DNA of 64,000 nucleotides from Lama glama (Eukaryota): positions 76,448,001 to 76,512,000 of the forward strand of contig CM052816.1 in the NCBI GenBank assembly GCA_028534125.1. Reading direction: 5' to 3'. The translations under genes were made by a program, and so were the position numbers. A model generated the notes under the pieces. That model did no database searches. It saw only the letters and a list, made by a program, of their open reading frames with translations, and was not told the origin of the DNA. Positions 12,356-24,965 of this stretch are shown piece by piece. Within the stretch, counting starts at the first letter, position 1, and each line of letters begins with the position of its first letter.

Positions 12356-13247
12356 TTTTTAATTTATATTTTAGTTTTTTATTGAAGTATAGTTGATTTA
12401 TAAAGTTTCAGGTGTACAGCAAAGTGATTCAGTTATACATATATCTATTCTTTTGCAGATTCTTTTCCATTATAGGTTATTACAAGATATTGAATATAGT
12501 TCCCTGTGCCATACAGTAAGTCTCTGTTGTTTATCTATTTTATATATAGTAATGTGTATCTGCTAATCCCAGATTCCCAGTTTGTCCTTCCTCTCTCCCC
12601 TTTCCCCTTTGGTAATCATTAAGTGTGTTTCCTGTGAGTCTATTTCTGTTTTTAAAAAAGTTCATTTGTATCATTTTTTTTTTAGATTCCACACACAAGT
12701 GATACCATATAATATTTGTCTTTCTCTATTTGACTTACTTCCCTTAGTATGGTAATCTCTATGTTGCTGCTAATGTCATTATTTCCTCATTTTTACGTAG
12801 TATTCCGTTGTATAAATACACCACAACTTCTTTATCCAGTCATCTGTTGAATGGACACTTAGGTTGCTTCCATGTCTTAATTATTGCAAATAGTGTTGCT
12901 ATGAACACTGGAGTGCATGTGTCTTTTTGAATTAGAGTTTTTGTCTTCTCTGGCTGTATGTCCAGGAGTGGGATTGCTGGATCATATGGTAAGCCTATTT
13001 TTAGTTTTTTAAGGAATTTCCATGCTGTTTTCTATAGTGGCTGCACCAAACTACATTCCTATCAACTGTGTAGGAGGGTTCCTTTTTCTCTACACCCTCT
13101 CCAGTATTCATTATTTGTAGACTTTTTGGTGATGGCCATTCTGACTGGTGTGAGGTGACACCTTATTGTAGTTTTGATTTGCATTTGTTCGATAGCGATA
13201 TGGAGTATCTTTTCATGTGATTATTGGCTTTCTGAATGTCTTTGGAG
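12356..13247 (-). mobile_element. 5'-truncated L1 (ORF2 end and 3' UTR)
   Basis: 'ttattgaagtatagttgatt', 'gggattgctggatcatatggta'; ORF 12958-13158 is the typical antisense L1 translation; 13-bp TSD TTAAGGTAGTTTA at 12343-12355 and 13248-13260. Confidence 0.92.
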
Positions 13248-13260
13248 TTAAGGTAGTTTA

Positions 13261-14280
13261 CAGTTTGTTAATACTAAGAAAATTTTGACTTTTTATTTAG
13301 TCAAAGGTATCACTGCTTGTTTTTAGTATTTTGGGGTTTTATTTTGTTTTAAATTTTAATATTTAACCCGCTTATAAACTATTTTGATGTATTTTTTAAG
13401 GGAGAATCTAATTTTATTACATATATTAAGTATTTTTGCTTTTTGCAAATAGAAAAATTTTCAAACAGCATGTAAAGATAATCCACAAATTCCCCACTGT
13501 GTTGTTTTTTCCTTTACAAAAGCTATACTTTTGATTTTTGCTTTATACCTTATGGCAATTGTTACACCATCTAATATAATTTTAATAATGTTATTTACAT
13601 AAATCTTAATTTCATTTTGATTTTAATATAAATCATTTTACTATTTATTATGCAATACTTGTTATTCCATAATAGTCTATAATTTGGTTTATGATTCTTT
13701 TTATCCACATATTAATATGGAATATTTTAAGGTTTTAAAATTGTGTTTGTATGTGTGTCTATAGTAATGAATGAGATTTAGAGGTTGTGCTTTTGTTACC
13801 TATTTTTAACCGAACTGTACTGTGGTAGAGTAATTGATATCTATAATTTCTGCATTTTGGAATTTACTGAAGAATACTTTGTGATCCATTGTATATTTCC
13901 TCCCTAATCTCCAATGGATACTTGAAAATGTATATTACAAAACTAAATTTATATCTATCAATCAAATATTTAAAATTATTTTATGTTCACTTTTGTCTTC
14001 TTGATTGGTTGGTGGTTAAGAGAAGTATATTAAAACAGCGGGAGCATAAATACTCATGGTGGAACATTCCAATACAAAGTAGTTATTAATTTAACTCCTT
14101 TTACCGTGGATTGCACTGTTTTAGGGCTTCTCTGGTGTATCTTAGTCCATCTCTTTATTTTAATTTTTTATTGTCATTTTATTTTAGATGTAACTTTTAT
14201 AAGCCAAATGCTTTTGAGTTTTATTTTAATTCAACATGAGATCTGTTTTTAATAGAGGGATTCAACCTATTTATATTCAC
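13261..14280 (-). mobile_element. Highly diverged L1 (L1ME-like)
   Basis: T-rich sequence with 'tttctgcattttggaatttactga' and 'ttcaacctatttatattc', typical of antisense old L1. Confidence 0.5.
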
Positions 14281-14900
14281 TTCATAGCAAATTAACATGT
14301 CCAAAATAGAATTCCTCCCTATGTATTGTTGTTCACCGTAATTCCTATCTCAATAAATGGAGCTGACATCAGTGCAAATTCCAGGTTATCAATTACAATT
14401 TCTCGCATACCTTGAAAATTCAATCCATCAGCAAATCCTGTTGGCTATACCTCCAAAGTAAATTTCAGTCCTACTTTCCCTACTCTCTTGTCTAATGTGT
14501 CATTACTTCTCATTTAGAGTCTCAGAATTTTATCTTTGAAATATAAATCAGATTACAAAATTTTATGCTGAAAACCTTTCTATGGATTCTCATTGCATTT
14601 CAACTTAAATGCAAACTTCTTACTTTTTCACATGTCTTGTATTGTTTCACTTCTCTATCCCTCCCCAACCTCTGCCAGTCTCTGTATCTCCTGCCCATCC
14701 ACACCAGCCCTTTTCATTTTTTTGAACCAGCTAAGTTCATCCTTACTTTAGGACTCATGTATATGCATTATCCTTTGCTTAAAATTGTCTTCAACTGAGC
14801 TTTAGTATTTCTGCTCCTTTTTATCCATCATGTCTCAGTCCACATGAACCTTGGCCTTCTCCAACTCTTCTATCTAAATTTGTCTCTCCCTACCTCAACC
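14281..14900 (+). mobile_element. L2 fragment
   Basis: 'aacatgtccaaaatagaattcc', 'caatccatcagcaaatcctgttggctatacctcc' and 'aaatataaatcagatt'. Confidence 0.75.
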
Positions 14901-15335
14901 CAGCTACTTTATTACAGGGGCATTCAAATTGGAAAAGACATTTTCAAGGATACTCCAGCAAGGGCACACTTAAGGGAATCTGTCAATTCAGTTAACTTTC
15001 AGGTATTTTATTGTCCCAGGGTGTATGAAAATCTCTCAGTTGCCAAGCAAAGGGACAAAGGAACACCTACTATACTGTTCAATGAAAAGCATAAACCTTT
15101 AAGCCTGCTCCTCATTCCCAGTCTCATAAACCTGTCTCTTAATGGTGAAATGTGGCATTGGCAGCCGGGTATTTTGGCTCTGCTGGGATGTTTTGAATAT
15201 GGACACACGGTGGAGTGAGGAGGTGGGAACGACCCATTTAACAAACTCAAATGAACGAAGTAAAAGACTACATCACTCTTAAGAAAGGGTGCTAAGAGAC
15301 CAAAACTAAGAAAGCAGGAGAATGAAGTGCTGAAT

Positions 15336-15337
<2 letters not shown>

Positions 15338-15366
<29 letters not shown>
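15338..15366 (+). repeat. Poly(A) tract
   Basis: About 29 consecutive A. Confidence 0.95.
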
Positions 15367-15368
<2 letters not shown>

Positions 15369-17099
15369 GTTAAAATCATATTTAAACCCAAGCAGTTATG
15401 CAGTTATTTTCAGAAATTCTTAACACTATTCTCCAAAATGCTTTATTTTCTCTTAAAAACAATCACTGCTAAAGTGTCAATGCAGCATCAGTGCTGTTTG
15501 TTAATCCTTACAGTTAATCGCTAACTAGATGTTCTTTAATACTATCCAGGTTTTTTAACATTGGATGGAAGCTATGAGCAAAATTCATATATTATTTCTT
15601 TTTATTTGAGTGTACATTAGACAATAAAGTAAATAAAACCAACCTTATCAAATCACAATTTTGACCTAGTCTTCCAATTTTAGCAAATGCTCTCTATTTT
15701 ATCTCATAAATTATTTAATATTTTTTGTCTCCTTCTAAGGAAAAAGCATAACAGAATGCATGCTGTAATTTTTATTATGTTTTATGATCTACCGTAAGCA
15801 TTAAGACAAATAAAAAGTTTTGTTATGATGTTTAATAAAATTGTTGGCATTATTACAGATATTTATTATCAACTCTTATTTGTTTTTTCCCAAAAGCCAA
15901 ACATTAGAATCTGACATGGCATTCATACACATTAAAAGTATATGATATCTCATGTCATGCTCTTTCATAACTAATCATTTTAGTTACTGATATTGCATTA
16001 CAAATTAAGCATGAAGAAGTATAATGATACATTGTCTTATTTTTCTAATTTATAAAGATGGATAATTGATTAAATTATTACTACATCTTTTTAACTGACT
16101 GATTGCACTAGTCTCTCTCTCATGGATATTCTGCAATTCATTTCTCAGCGGTTTTTATGGTACTTCTTGAAATACTTTAACACTTGTCTGAATTTTAAAA
16201 TGAAGTCCTTTTCTAAAATAAAAGAAAACCAATTATATTTGAAATGACAATGAGGATTTGATTTACCAGCTTCAATAATAAGGTAAATATTTTCCATAAG
16301 TTGAATATGCTAACTGCTGTAGCCCTAAGATTTGAAAAAAGGACACTGTATGCACACAGTAAGATTAAAACCTTTTATAAGAAACATTGTATTGGTAAGG
16401 CTGTAAAACAGAAAAACACTTTGATTTTCCAAAGTTTTCTGAGCTTATTGAACTTCACATGGAAACGAGTAACCAATGTAATTAATAGTTATTTGACAGT
16501 TCTTAGAAAGGTCATTTGGGGATCCACTCCAGAAACTGGAAAAAAAAATGAATGTTATAGTGGTCTATCATCAACAAATATTTTTAATAATACATTATTT
16601 GAGAATTCTATTAGGTCTTCTTTCAATGTCATTTCTGACATAATTCATAAGACGCTCAAAGTAATAAATGAAATTAATACAATTATTTCAATTACTCTCT
16701 AAGTATTTATGTGAAGGTTTCTCAGAGCTTATAAATATTAAAATAAAAAATAATTGACTCTTTCTAGAACTGTATTATATTGATCCATGGGAATATAAAC
16801 TAATTGGAGTGTAAAAAACCTATTTGGTTCATAAAGAGGTACATTTCCAAAAGTATGTATTTGCATTGGACACATTTTTAAAAATGTTGTAATGATTTTA
16901 TTTTACAATGTCACTATGTACTATATAACAGAAACTACATTGTCTGCTAGTGTTAAGACTCCTATGAAGAAATCAGATGTCGCTTTAAAACACACTGGAG
17001 GTCCACACTAATTTAAAATTCCTTGGGGGAGTTTAGAAACCACTTCTTTCTCTTACTAACTCATTTATCTTCCTCACAGTAGTTGACATTTTGCAGTTG

Positions 17100-17560
17100 A
17101 TCACTTTATTGCTCAGAAATTCTTGGGTGTAAATAACAGACTACTGTCTGGTATCAGAAGGCATGCAAATTATTAAATATTATAGGCACTTTCATAATTT
17201 CCAAGAGGACTAAACATATAGACTCTGAGGCTATATTAAACTGGTCACAATTTCCAACTATGCTGTGTGGCCTTCTCTGGCAATAACACCACTGCCACCA
17301 TCACTCAGTCTTATTACACTGAGCACTACCAGCCAGGATTCCACATGCCTCTGCCCCCACCAGCCAGGTGACTGGTCCTTCCCATACATTTGCCCTTTCC
17401 ATTTGCTCAGTTGCTAGGGCGCCAATAACTTGTGAAACCTACATCATCTACCTGCATCTGAGCTAAAGGGAGTTGAGCATATGCTTTCTGTTCTATCTTT
17501 AGAAGCTAGAACTCATAACACAGAAAATTACCAAAATAAAGCAGAAAATGGAATACTTCT
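17100..17560 (-). mobile_element. Ancient MaLR LTR (MLT1K/L-like)
   Basis: 'ttcttgggtgtaaataacagact' at the left and 'ctacctgcatctgagctaaagggg' near the right end; weak similarity. Confidence 0.4.
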
Positions 17561-18295
17561 AGATGGGTACAAGGAAAAGACGTTCACTGGGGAGATTTCT
17601 TTGTCTTTTCCAATAGGGAATAAGCTCCTTGAAAGCTGTACCTCTGTCTTTTTCACTCCATCCACAACAACAGAGAGACCATACCTTCAGGGAAAATGTG
17701 TGTCACTTCTAGTGCATGGATTTAGGAAATAGAATTGAGATGAGGAGATTTTCTCTGGCAACATCAATGAGCAGCATGTTTGTCATAGATGGTCGAGTGT
17801 CTCGTATTTTGGTTGATACACCCAAGGTCTCTAAGCAATGAAATGTAGAAGGAAAAAAATAAAAATACCTTTCTTACCTTTCTTCGTGTGGATGCTTCTG
17901 GTTTTTTATAAGAAAAACGTAGGAAGGCCCTGTGATAGTACTGGCAATTTATACTCAGTTTTAGGGACAGTGCATGGTTTACCAGTTTCTAAATTAAGCA
18001 TGATTCAGGGCACTTCAGAATATGTTGTGATGAGTACTGTCTAAACATGTTTGCTCTGTTTTCAGTGTACTCACTGAATTTATACTTGTTTTTACACCCT
18101 GTCCATTATTAACCTATTTATCATATCATCCTATTAGCCCAGTATAAATGAAAATTGATCTTGCTTTCTTCTGACTTCTGAAAGCATGTATTATTACTAA
18201 AAACACACTGGGAACAATAATAAATGTTCTTCTGCTCACAGCATATTACAATGCCAGCTTCCTATAGTTCTTAATGTTAAAGTTCCATTGACCTT

Positions 18296-18754
18296 TGCTA
18301 TGGATTGAATTTTGTCCCCCACCAAATTCGTATGTTGAAGTCCTAACCCCCAGTATCTCAGGATGAGAGCTTATCTGGAGACAGGATGTGGGCTTATTTG
18401 AAGATAGGAGGTAATCAAGTTAAAGTGAAGTGATCAGGGGGGGTCCTAACCCAACAGGAATCCAATATCTTATGTCCTTATAAACGGGGAAATTTTGAAA
18501 AGAGAAATGTCACATGAAGATGACATTAGTGATGCATGGGGTGAAGCCAAGGAATGCTACATATTGACAATAAATCCCCAGCAGCTAAGAGAAAAGCATG
18601 GAGCAGATTATTTTATAGCCCTCAGAAGCAACCAGCCCTCCTGACGCCTTGATCTTGTACGTCTAGCCTCCAGAACTGTGAGAAATTCAATTCCTGTTGC
18701 TTAGGCCACTCAGTTTGTTGTGCTTTGGTATGGCAGCCCTAGCGAATGAATAAA
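18296..18754 (+). mobile_element. MLT1B-like solo LTR
   Basis: 'tgctatggattgaattttgtcccc...atgttgaagtcctaaccccca...ctagcctccagaactgtgaga...ggcagccctagc'; 5-bp flanks ACCTT/AACTT. Confidence 0.9.
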
Positions 18755-19307
18755 AACTTAATCTAACATCAGCTCTTTTCACAACTTCTCTTTTTCACAT
18801 GGTTCTCTGCAGCCTTGAGGAATTTGTGAATCTACAGGAGGACTTCAGAGCTTATTTTCACACTGTCCTCCAGCTTCAGGAAGGGCATCTTGGGCACAGG
18901 TCAAGTCTAAGCCTGTTAGATCACCGTGCTTGTTGGCAGCTTTTCTAGGGAACTGGGGAAAAGGAGAAAGCTCTGGGAGTTAAAGAATGATAGTCTTTCC
19001 TTTGGATCAGCATCTAATGGGCTACACCTCCTTTGGAGTTACTTGTCTGCCATGTGGCTAGTGGGGTTTAATCTTCCTACTTCGGAGGGACTCTGTCCCA
19101 GGCGGCTTAGAAATGAGAGGCTTAAATAAGCTGGGTCGGGGCTTGGCATTACCTTTCTGATGTTTCCTTGGATTTAGTTCTCCCATTCCTTTGTGATGAG
19201 ACAGTCACATTTAAATAGCTGAGATTCTGGTATGAGCCTAGAAGCAGCAGCTCACAATGTCTTTATTACCTGAGGGTCCTTGCAGCTCCATACTGCCCGG
19301 AGACTAC

Positions 19308-21270
19308 ATCAAATTTATAGATGGAGCTGGGAAGAATTGACATCTTAATAATACTGAGATTCCAACAATAAGTACAGTGTATCTCTCCATTTATTTACAT
19401 CTGATTTCTTTCACTGGAGTTTTAGAGTTTTCCACCTATAGATCCTGTACATATTTTGTTGAATTTGTAACAAAGTTTTTTTTGTGTTTGTGTGTGTGTG
19501 CTTTTGCATATGGTATTATGCTTCTAATTTCAAATGCCAACTGTTCATTGCTAAGTACTTGGGACAGCAGAAATAACTTCAATATATCAACCTTTTATGC
19601 TGGGGCCTCATTATATTCTTTAGCCTAATGATGCGATTTTTTTTTTTGAATCTTGATTTTTTGAATAGTGAACCAGCCTCGCATACCTGGAATAAGTCTC
19701 ACTTGGTAAGGCAAACACTTCTTTTCAATCATTGTTGGATTTAACCTGCTAACGCTTTTATTGAAGATTTCACACCTATATTCATGAAAGATGTTGGTCT
19801 GTAGTTTCCTTTTATGCAATGTCTTTATCTCGTTTTGGTATAAAAGTAATGCTGCTCTTACAGAATGAGTTTGGAAGTGTTTGCTCTGCTTCTATCTCCT
19901 GAAAGAGATTGTAGAGTTGGCATAAGATCTATCACATCATAAATGTGTGGTAGAATACAGCAGTGAATCAATCAGGGTCTGGTTCTTTCAGCTTTGGTAG
20001 GTTATTAGTCATTGATTAAATTTCTTTAGTAGATACAAGTCTATTCAGATTATCTATTTCTCCTTGTATGAGTTTTGGGTGGTTTGTGTCTTTCAAGGAA
20101 TTAGTTCATTTTATCTAGAAATTTATTAATTTTGTGGGCATAGGCTTGTTCATAACATTCCTTTATTATCCTTGTAATGTCCCTATGATCAGTAGTTATA
20201 GCCCATTTTTTGTTTCTGATATTAATATCTTGTGTCTCTTCTCATTTTTCCTTAATCTGGCTAGAAATTTCTCAGTTTTATTGATTTTTTTAACAGAATC
20301 AGCTTTTGATTTTGTTAAGTTTCTCTATTATCGTCCTATTTTCAATTTTATTGATTTTTGTTCTAATTCTTATTATTTTCTTCTGCCTTTTTTAGACTTA
20401 TATTCATCTTCTACCTCTTCTTTCATAAGATGGAAGCTTGGGTTATTTATTTTAGACCTTTCTTCTTTTATAATATACATATATAATGTAAACTTCCCTC
20501 TAAGCACTGCTTTTGTTGCATCTCACAAATTTTGGTGAGTTGTATTTTCATTTTTATGTAGTTTAAAATACTTTTGAAGTTTTTAAGCCTTTTTATTTGC
20601 TCTATGTGTTATTTTGGGGTGTGTTGTTTAATTTCCAAATATTTGTGGATTTTCTTCCAGCTATCTTTCCCTTGTTGATTTTTAATTTAATCCATTGAAG
20701 TCTGAGAATCTACCTAGTATGCTTTCTATTCTTTTCACTTTGCTAAGCTGCATTTTATGGCCATGAATTTGGTCTCTCAGTGAATGTTCCATGTGAACTT
20801 GAGAAGGATATATATTCTGTTGCTATTAGATGGGGTGTTTTGTAAGTGTCAGTGGCATCAAGCTGTTAGGTCAATTCTATCCTTACTGATTTTGTGCCTG
20901 CTTATTTATCAGTTAATGAAAGATGGATGTTGAAGTCTCCAATATAATAGTGGATTTGTCTGTTTCTCCTTTTAGTTCTATCAGTTCTCAGTTCTCTATC
21001 AGTATTGACCTTGTGTATTTAGATGCATAGATATTTAGGACTTTTAGGTGTTCTTGGAGATTTGATCTCCTTGTCACTACTTCATGTCCCTTTTTAACCT
21101 CAGATAATTTTCCGTATTCTGAATTCTGCTTTGTCTGAAATTAATATAGCTACTCCAGCTATCTTTTGGTTATTGTTAGCATGGCATAGTTTTCTTCTTT
21201 TCCTTTAATTATTTGAATTTCATAATTAAAGTGGGTTTCTTGTGGACAAAATACAGTGGAATCTTATTTT
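19308..21270 (-). mobile_element. L1 ORF2 fragments
   Basis: 'ctgggaagaattgacatcttaataatactgag', 'ctatattcatgaaagatgttggtctgtagtttcc' and 'tgaatgttccatgtgaacttgagaag'. Confidence 0.88.
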
Positions 21271-22590
21271 TTTAATTTCAGCTTGGGAAGTTTCTCTTGC
21301 TTTATCTTCAAACCCACTGATTCTTTCCTTGGCCATGTCTAGTTTACTAATCAAAGGCATTCTTCATTTCTGTTACATTGCTTTTATTTCTATCATTTCC
21401 CTTTGAGTTTGTCTTAGTATTTCCATATTTCTGCTTACGTTACCCATATGTTTATGCATGTTGTGTACTTTTTTCCTTTAGAATTCTTAACATATTAATT
21501 ATAGTTATTATAAGTTCTCAAGCCTGATAATTCTAATACCTGTGTCATATCTGAATATGGTTCTGGTGCTTGCTTTGTCTGTTCAGACTCAAGATTTTTT
21601 TTTTTTTTTGGCATGTCTTTTAGTTTTTTTGAAAGCTGAACATTTGGATCAGTAATAGAAACTCTTGTAAATAGGACGTTAGTGTGAGAGTTTATGTTAA
21701 TCTGGCTAAGAGTTGGGATGTGTTTAATGCTTACCATAGCTGTTAGTGCCAAAGGCTTCACATTCCTCTATTGTCTTTCTTTATTCTCTCGTCTTGACTT
21801 TGGGCCTCCCTTAGTACTCCTTCTCAGAGAAACCCCTTGTCTTGCAATGTTTTCAGCTGTAATCACTGTTACGATCCAGGGGCCCTGTTGATGTGGTGGT
21901 CAGGTGTGGGAGAGAAGAGGCAGCCTATCATCTCATGATTAAATTTTAGACTTTCAGACCATCTGTGTCTTTGGGCTATGACTTTCACAACTATTTTCAA
22001 GTGATATAGCTATTCTCTCCCTTACATAAGAATGGAAGTCTAGAAAGGGCTAGAACAGGAGAAATGTCCTTTCTTGAGCTGGGATAAAGTTCTGGCAAAA
22101 TCTTGTCCCTAGAGAGTAGATCTTTTTAATGGTGAATTCTCTAGAAATGTTTCGTAGTGATTACTCTTTCCTTCTTCCTGCCAGAGCCTGAAGGGTATCT
22201 TTCTAGGATCTTCATCATGAGAAGTTGCTGAGGTTATTAGAGGTAAACCAATGAAAATGTGGGAGATTGCCTAAGATTGCAGCCCCTTGGGATTTCTTAT
22301 TCTTAAGTTAGTCTGTAGGCAGCCTCCAGCGATTCATCAAAATTATTACTGAAGTATTCCTACCAGCTTATGCCTCCAGCAGCTTCTGCTCTAGGTAAGC
22401 ATATCTTTGCTATGATTACCTGGATTCAGCTGTCTTTCTAGTTTTCAGGGTATGAGTTTTTCCTGAAACTTCAGCTCTCTGTTGGGCCCAAAAGAAGTCA
22501 CTGGTTTTCAGTTTGTACAGCTTTTTCAAATAGTAAAGAAGGAATGATAACTTCCAAGCTCTTTACATGTCAGTGCTGAAGCTGAACATC
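21271..22590 (-). mobile_element. L1 ORF1 / 5' region (L1M4-like), continuing the adjacent L1
   Basis: 'cactgattctttccttggccatgtctagtttactaa' and 'ttccaagctctttacatgtcag', recalled from old L1 5' ends. Confidence 0.65.
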
Positions 22591-22619
22591 TTAGCTCTCA
22601 TTTTTAAAACCCCCAAATT

Positions 22620-22690
22620 AATAATGATGATGATGATGATGATGATAATAATAATGATAATAATAATAATAACTAGTAGTAGCAGTAACA
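22620..22690. repeat. (ATG)n/(ATA)n/(AGT)n trinucleotide microsatellite
   Basis: Directly visible; explains the poly-Met/Ile ORFs. Confidence 0.9.
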
Positions 22691-23329
22691 GTATGAATTC
22701 TAAAGGTACCGTTGCTTTAGATTTACATCCACATGAAACAGTTTTTTTGCTCACCATCCTTCTTGTATCTCAAAACTTTCTTATTCCTTCTGGGACAATC
22801 TTTTCTCTTTCTTAAAGTGTATCCTTTCATAGCTGTGGTTAATTCTTTCATTTATCTGTTTGTCTGGAAAAAATCTTACTTACACATTCTAATTCCAGGT
22901 GACAGTTTTTTGTTGGCCACGACTCTAGATGAACATATATTTTCCATTAAAATGCTAAAGTTTTTATTCTGTTTTCTCTTGGCTCCCTCAGTGCCACTGA
23001 ACATCTTTTCAGTCCACAAGCCATTTCTTTGGATGACACCTCCTTCTTCTTCTCCTTTTCTATTTCTCTTTCTTCTTCCCTTTCGGCTCCTCTTCATCTT
23101 CTTACTTCATCATTTTCTTCTCTGCCTTTAGATATTTTCTTTTCCTCTTATAAGCTTAGATATTCTTTATGGAGACATCTCATCATTTATACCATATCTA
23201 ACTGTATAATAGTTGGAGGGCTTCATTATTTTGTCTACAGTGTGTCATACTTCCTTTAAAATGTTAGTGTCCAGTACTCCTTTTACTAAGACATGTATTA
23301 AATTATTCCTGTGAGCCATTTTGCATTAA

Positions 23330-23480
23330 GGTCTACCCCACTTAATCCTCTCACCAATACTGTCAAGTCAGGGTTTGTAACTGTCCCCATCTTAGGGATA
23401 ACATGCTGAGGAAGGGACAAATTGGAGTCTGAGCCCAGGTCTGTCTGGCGCCAGAGTCATCTCTCCTAAGTTTCACCACA
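23330..23480 (-). mobile_element. MIR fragment
   Basis: 'cttaatcctctcaccaatactgt...tgagcccaggtctgtctgg'. Confidence 0.55.
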
Positions 23481-24806
23481 TAGAACCTCTCAGCCTAAAT
23501 TCTCAGCCCGTCTGGTTTATGGAGTTTTCTTCATTTCATTTTCCCTAACTCTTACTACCTATACTATCTACTTGACCAATAATAATTATTTAGTTATTTT
23601 CACTTCAACATTCATACAGCTTTCCCTTCCCAAACATGGTTATTAGTCTCTTGAGAACATAAAATGTATCATTTGCCATGCTCCACAGCAACATCTAATA
23701 CAGAACTATGGAAAAGTTAAATGTTCAATAAATACTAATTCAACCATGAAAAAAATCCAATTATCTTTCAAGTCTTAAAAGAAACGGGCAGTGTTTTTCT
23801 GAATAAACCTGCCAATCAGAATAATATAATAATTACGTTGAATTATAGTGCCTGCATGAAGCAATTAACCAAAAATCAAAGAAGATCTATTGCCACTAAG
23901 GGGAGTGTAGTAATGTGTCAGTAAAAGCACTAAAATGACTGTGGTCGGTTTTGTTCCTTATTAATGTATGTCAGTCCATCTGGGTTATAGTCTGTATTTC
24001 TGAGTTTTTGTTTTAACTGAAGTAATTCACCAGTTTTTAAGCATACCTAAGGTTTCCACATTTCTCTAAGGCACTCTGGATGATAATTTTAAAAGCAGGC
24101 ATCACAAATTAGCCTGTGACCAGGACCACACTCAGTGTGGACAAAAATGTGTTGCGAGCATTACGGTAACAGGCTGAATTCTTTGACATCAACAGCATGC
24201 TTTCCTTACCGCAATTTGTTCCCCTATATCGTTTCATCATTATGAGCACTTGTTTAAAACCCATTTACAAAGCAGATTGCCAAGTACTGCAGTGTCTAGA
24301 ACTACTGCAAGAGATTTAGGTGCGTGAAGTTCACACTTGGTTATTAGACCTTTAACTGCTTTTTGCTTGCCAAGCACAGTTAACGCACGAAAACAGCATA
24401 ATCAAGATGATGAAAGTTTAAGTTCCCCATGGCTGCCTTTACTTGCCTATCCTTCTCCACATTCACCTTTGATTTTAATTTCAGAAAATTTACTGCCTCC
24501 CAACAGATTCTTACATTCTTGGAATTGATTCTGGTGAGTCTAGTTATGTGGTGGTCTAATCCCTTCTTGCTATGCTCCAAGTTGGCTTTTGATTATTTCA
24601 ATAAAATAATTTTACTGCCTCCCTAATGTATCCATGTAGTAATAGTCTCAGAATAGTCTTTTATGCCTCTTTTTAAGATGAGTGAATGCAGCTTTGGGGA
24701 GACTGCGGGCAGATTGGATGGTTATTGATATCATGCAAAAGAACTCGTGACGAATCTGTGATTCAGAAACAGTCAGGCATGCGAGCATGTCTGTACACAT
24801 ACTTAC

Positions 24807-24965
24807 CCGCCCTGTGATCAGAGGTGTTGGCAAGAAGGGTGGCAGTCTGGCGACAGGGAGGCAGAGATCTGCGGAATGCAGCCAAAGGGCTGCTGGCCTG
24901 CGGGCTCCCCAGAGTCCTCAACCACTTTCAACCACTGTGACGCAAATGTGCTGTCAAACTCAACT
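24807..24965 (-). other. Candidate spliced exon (159 nt), probably non-coding or UTR
   Basis: Minus-strand acceptor 'cattttgtccttttgtgttcag' and donor 'CGG|gtaagt'; GC- and CpG-richer than its flanks; a stop in every frame. Confidence 0.4.

Noticed and set aside
14844..15391. Overlapping 124-aa and 127-aa ORFs
   Set aside because: One starts in L2 and the other crosses the poly(A) tract; no recognisable protein.
20134..20538. 134-aa hydrophobic ORF
   Set aside because: Opposite-strand reading of L1 ORF2; T-rich codons mimic membrane segments.
24775..24792. p53 response element
   Set aside because: One perfect half-site; the other is mismatched and overlaps it.
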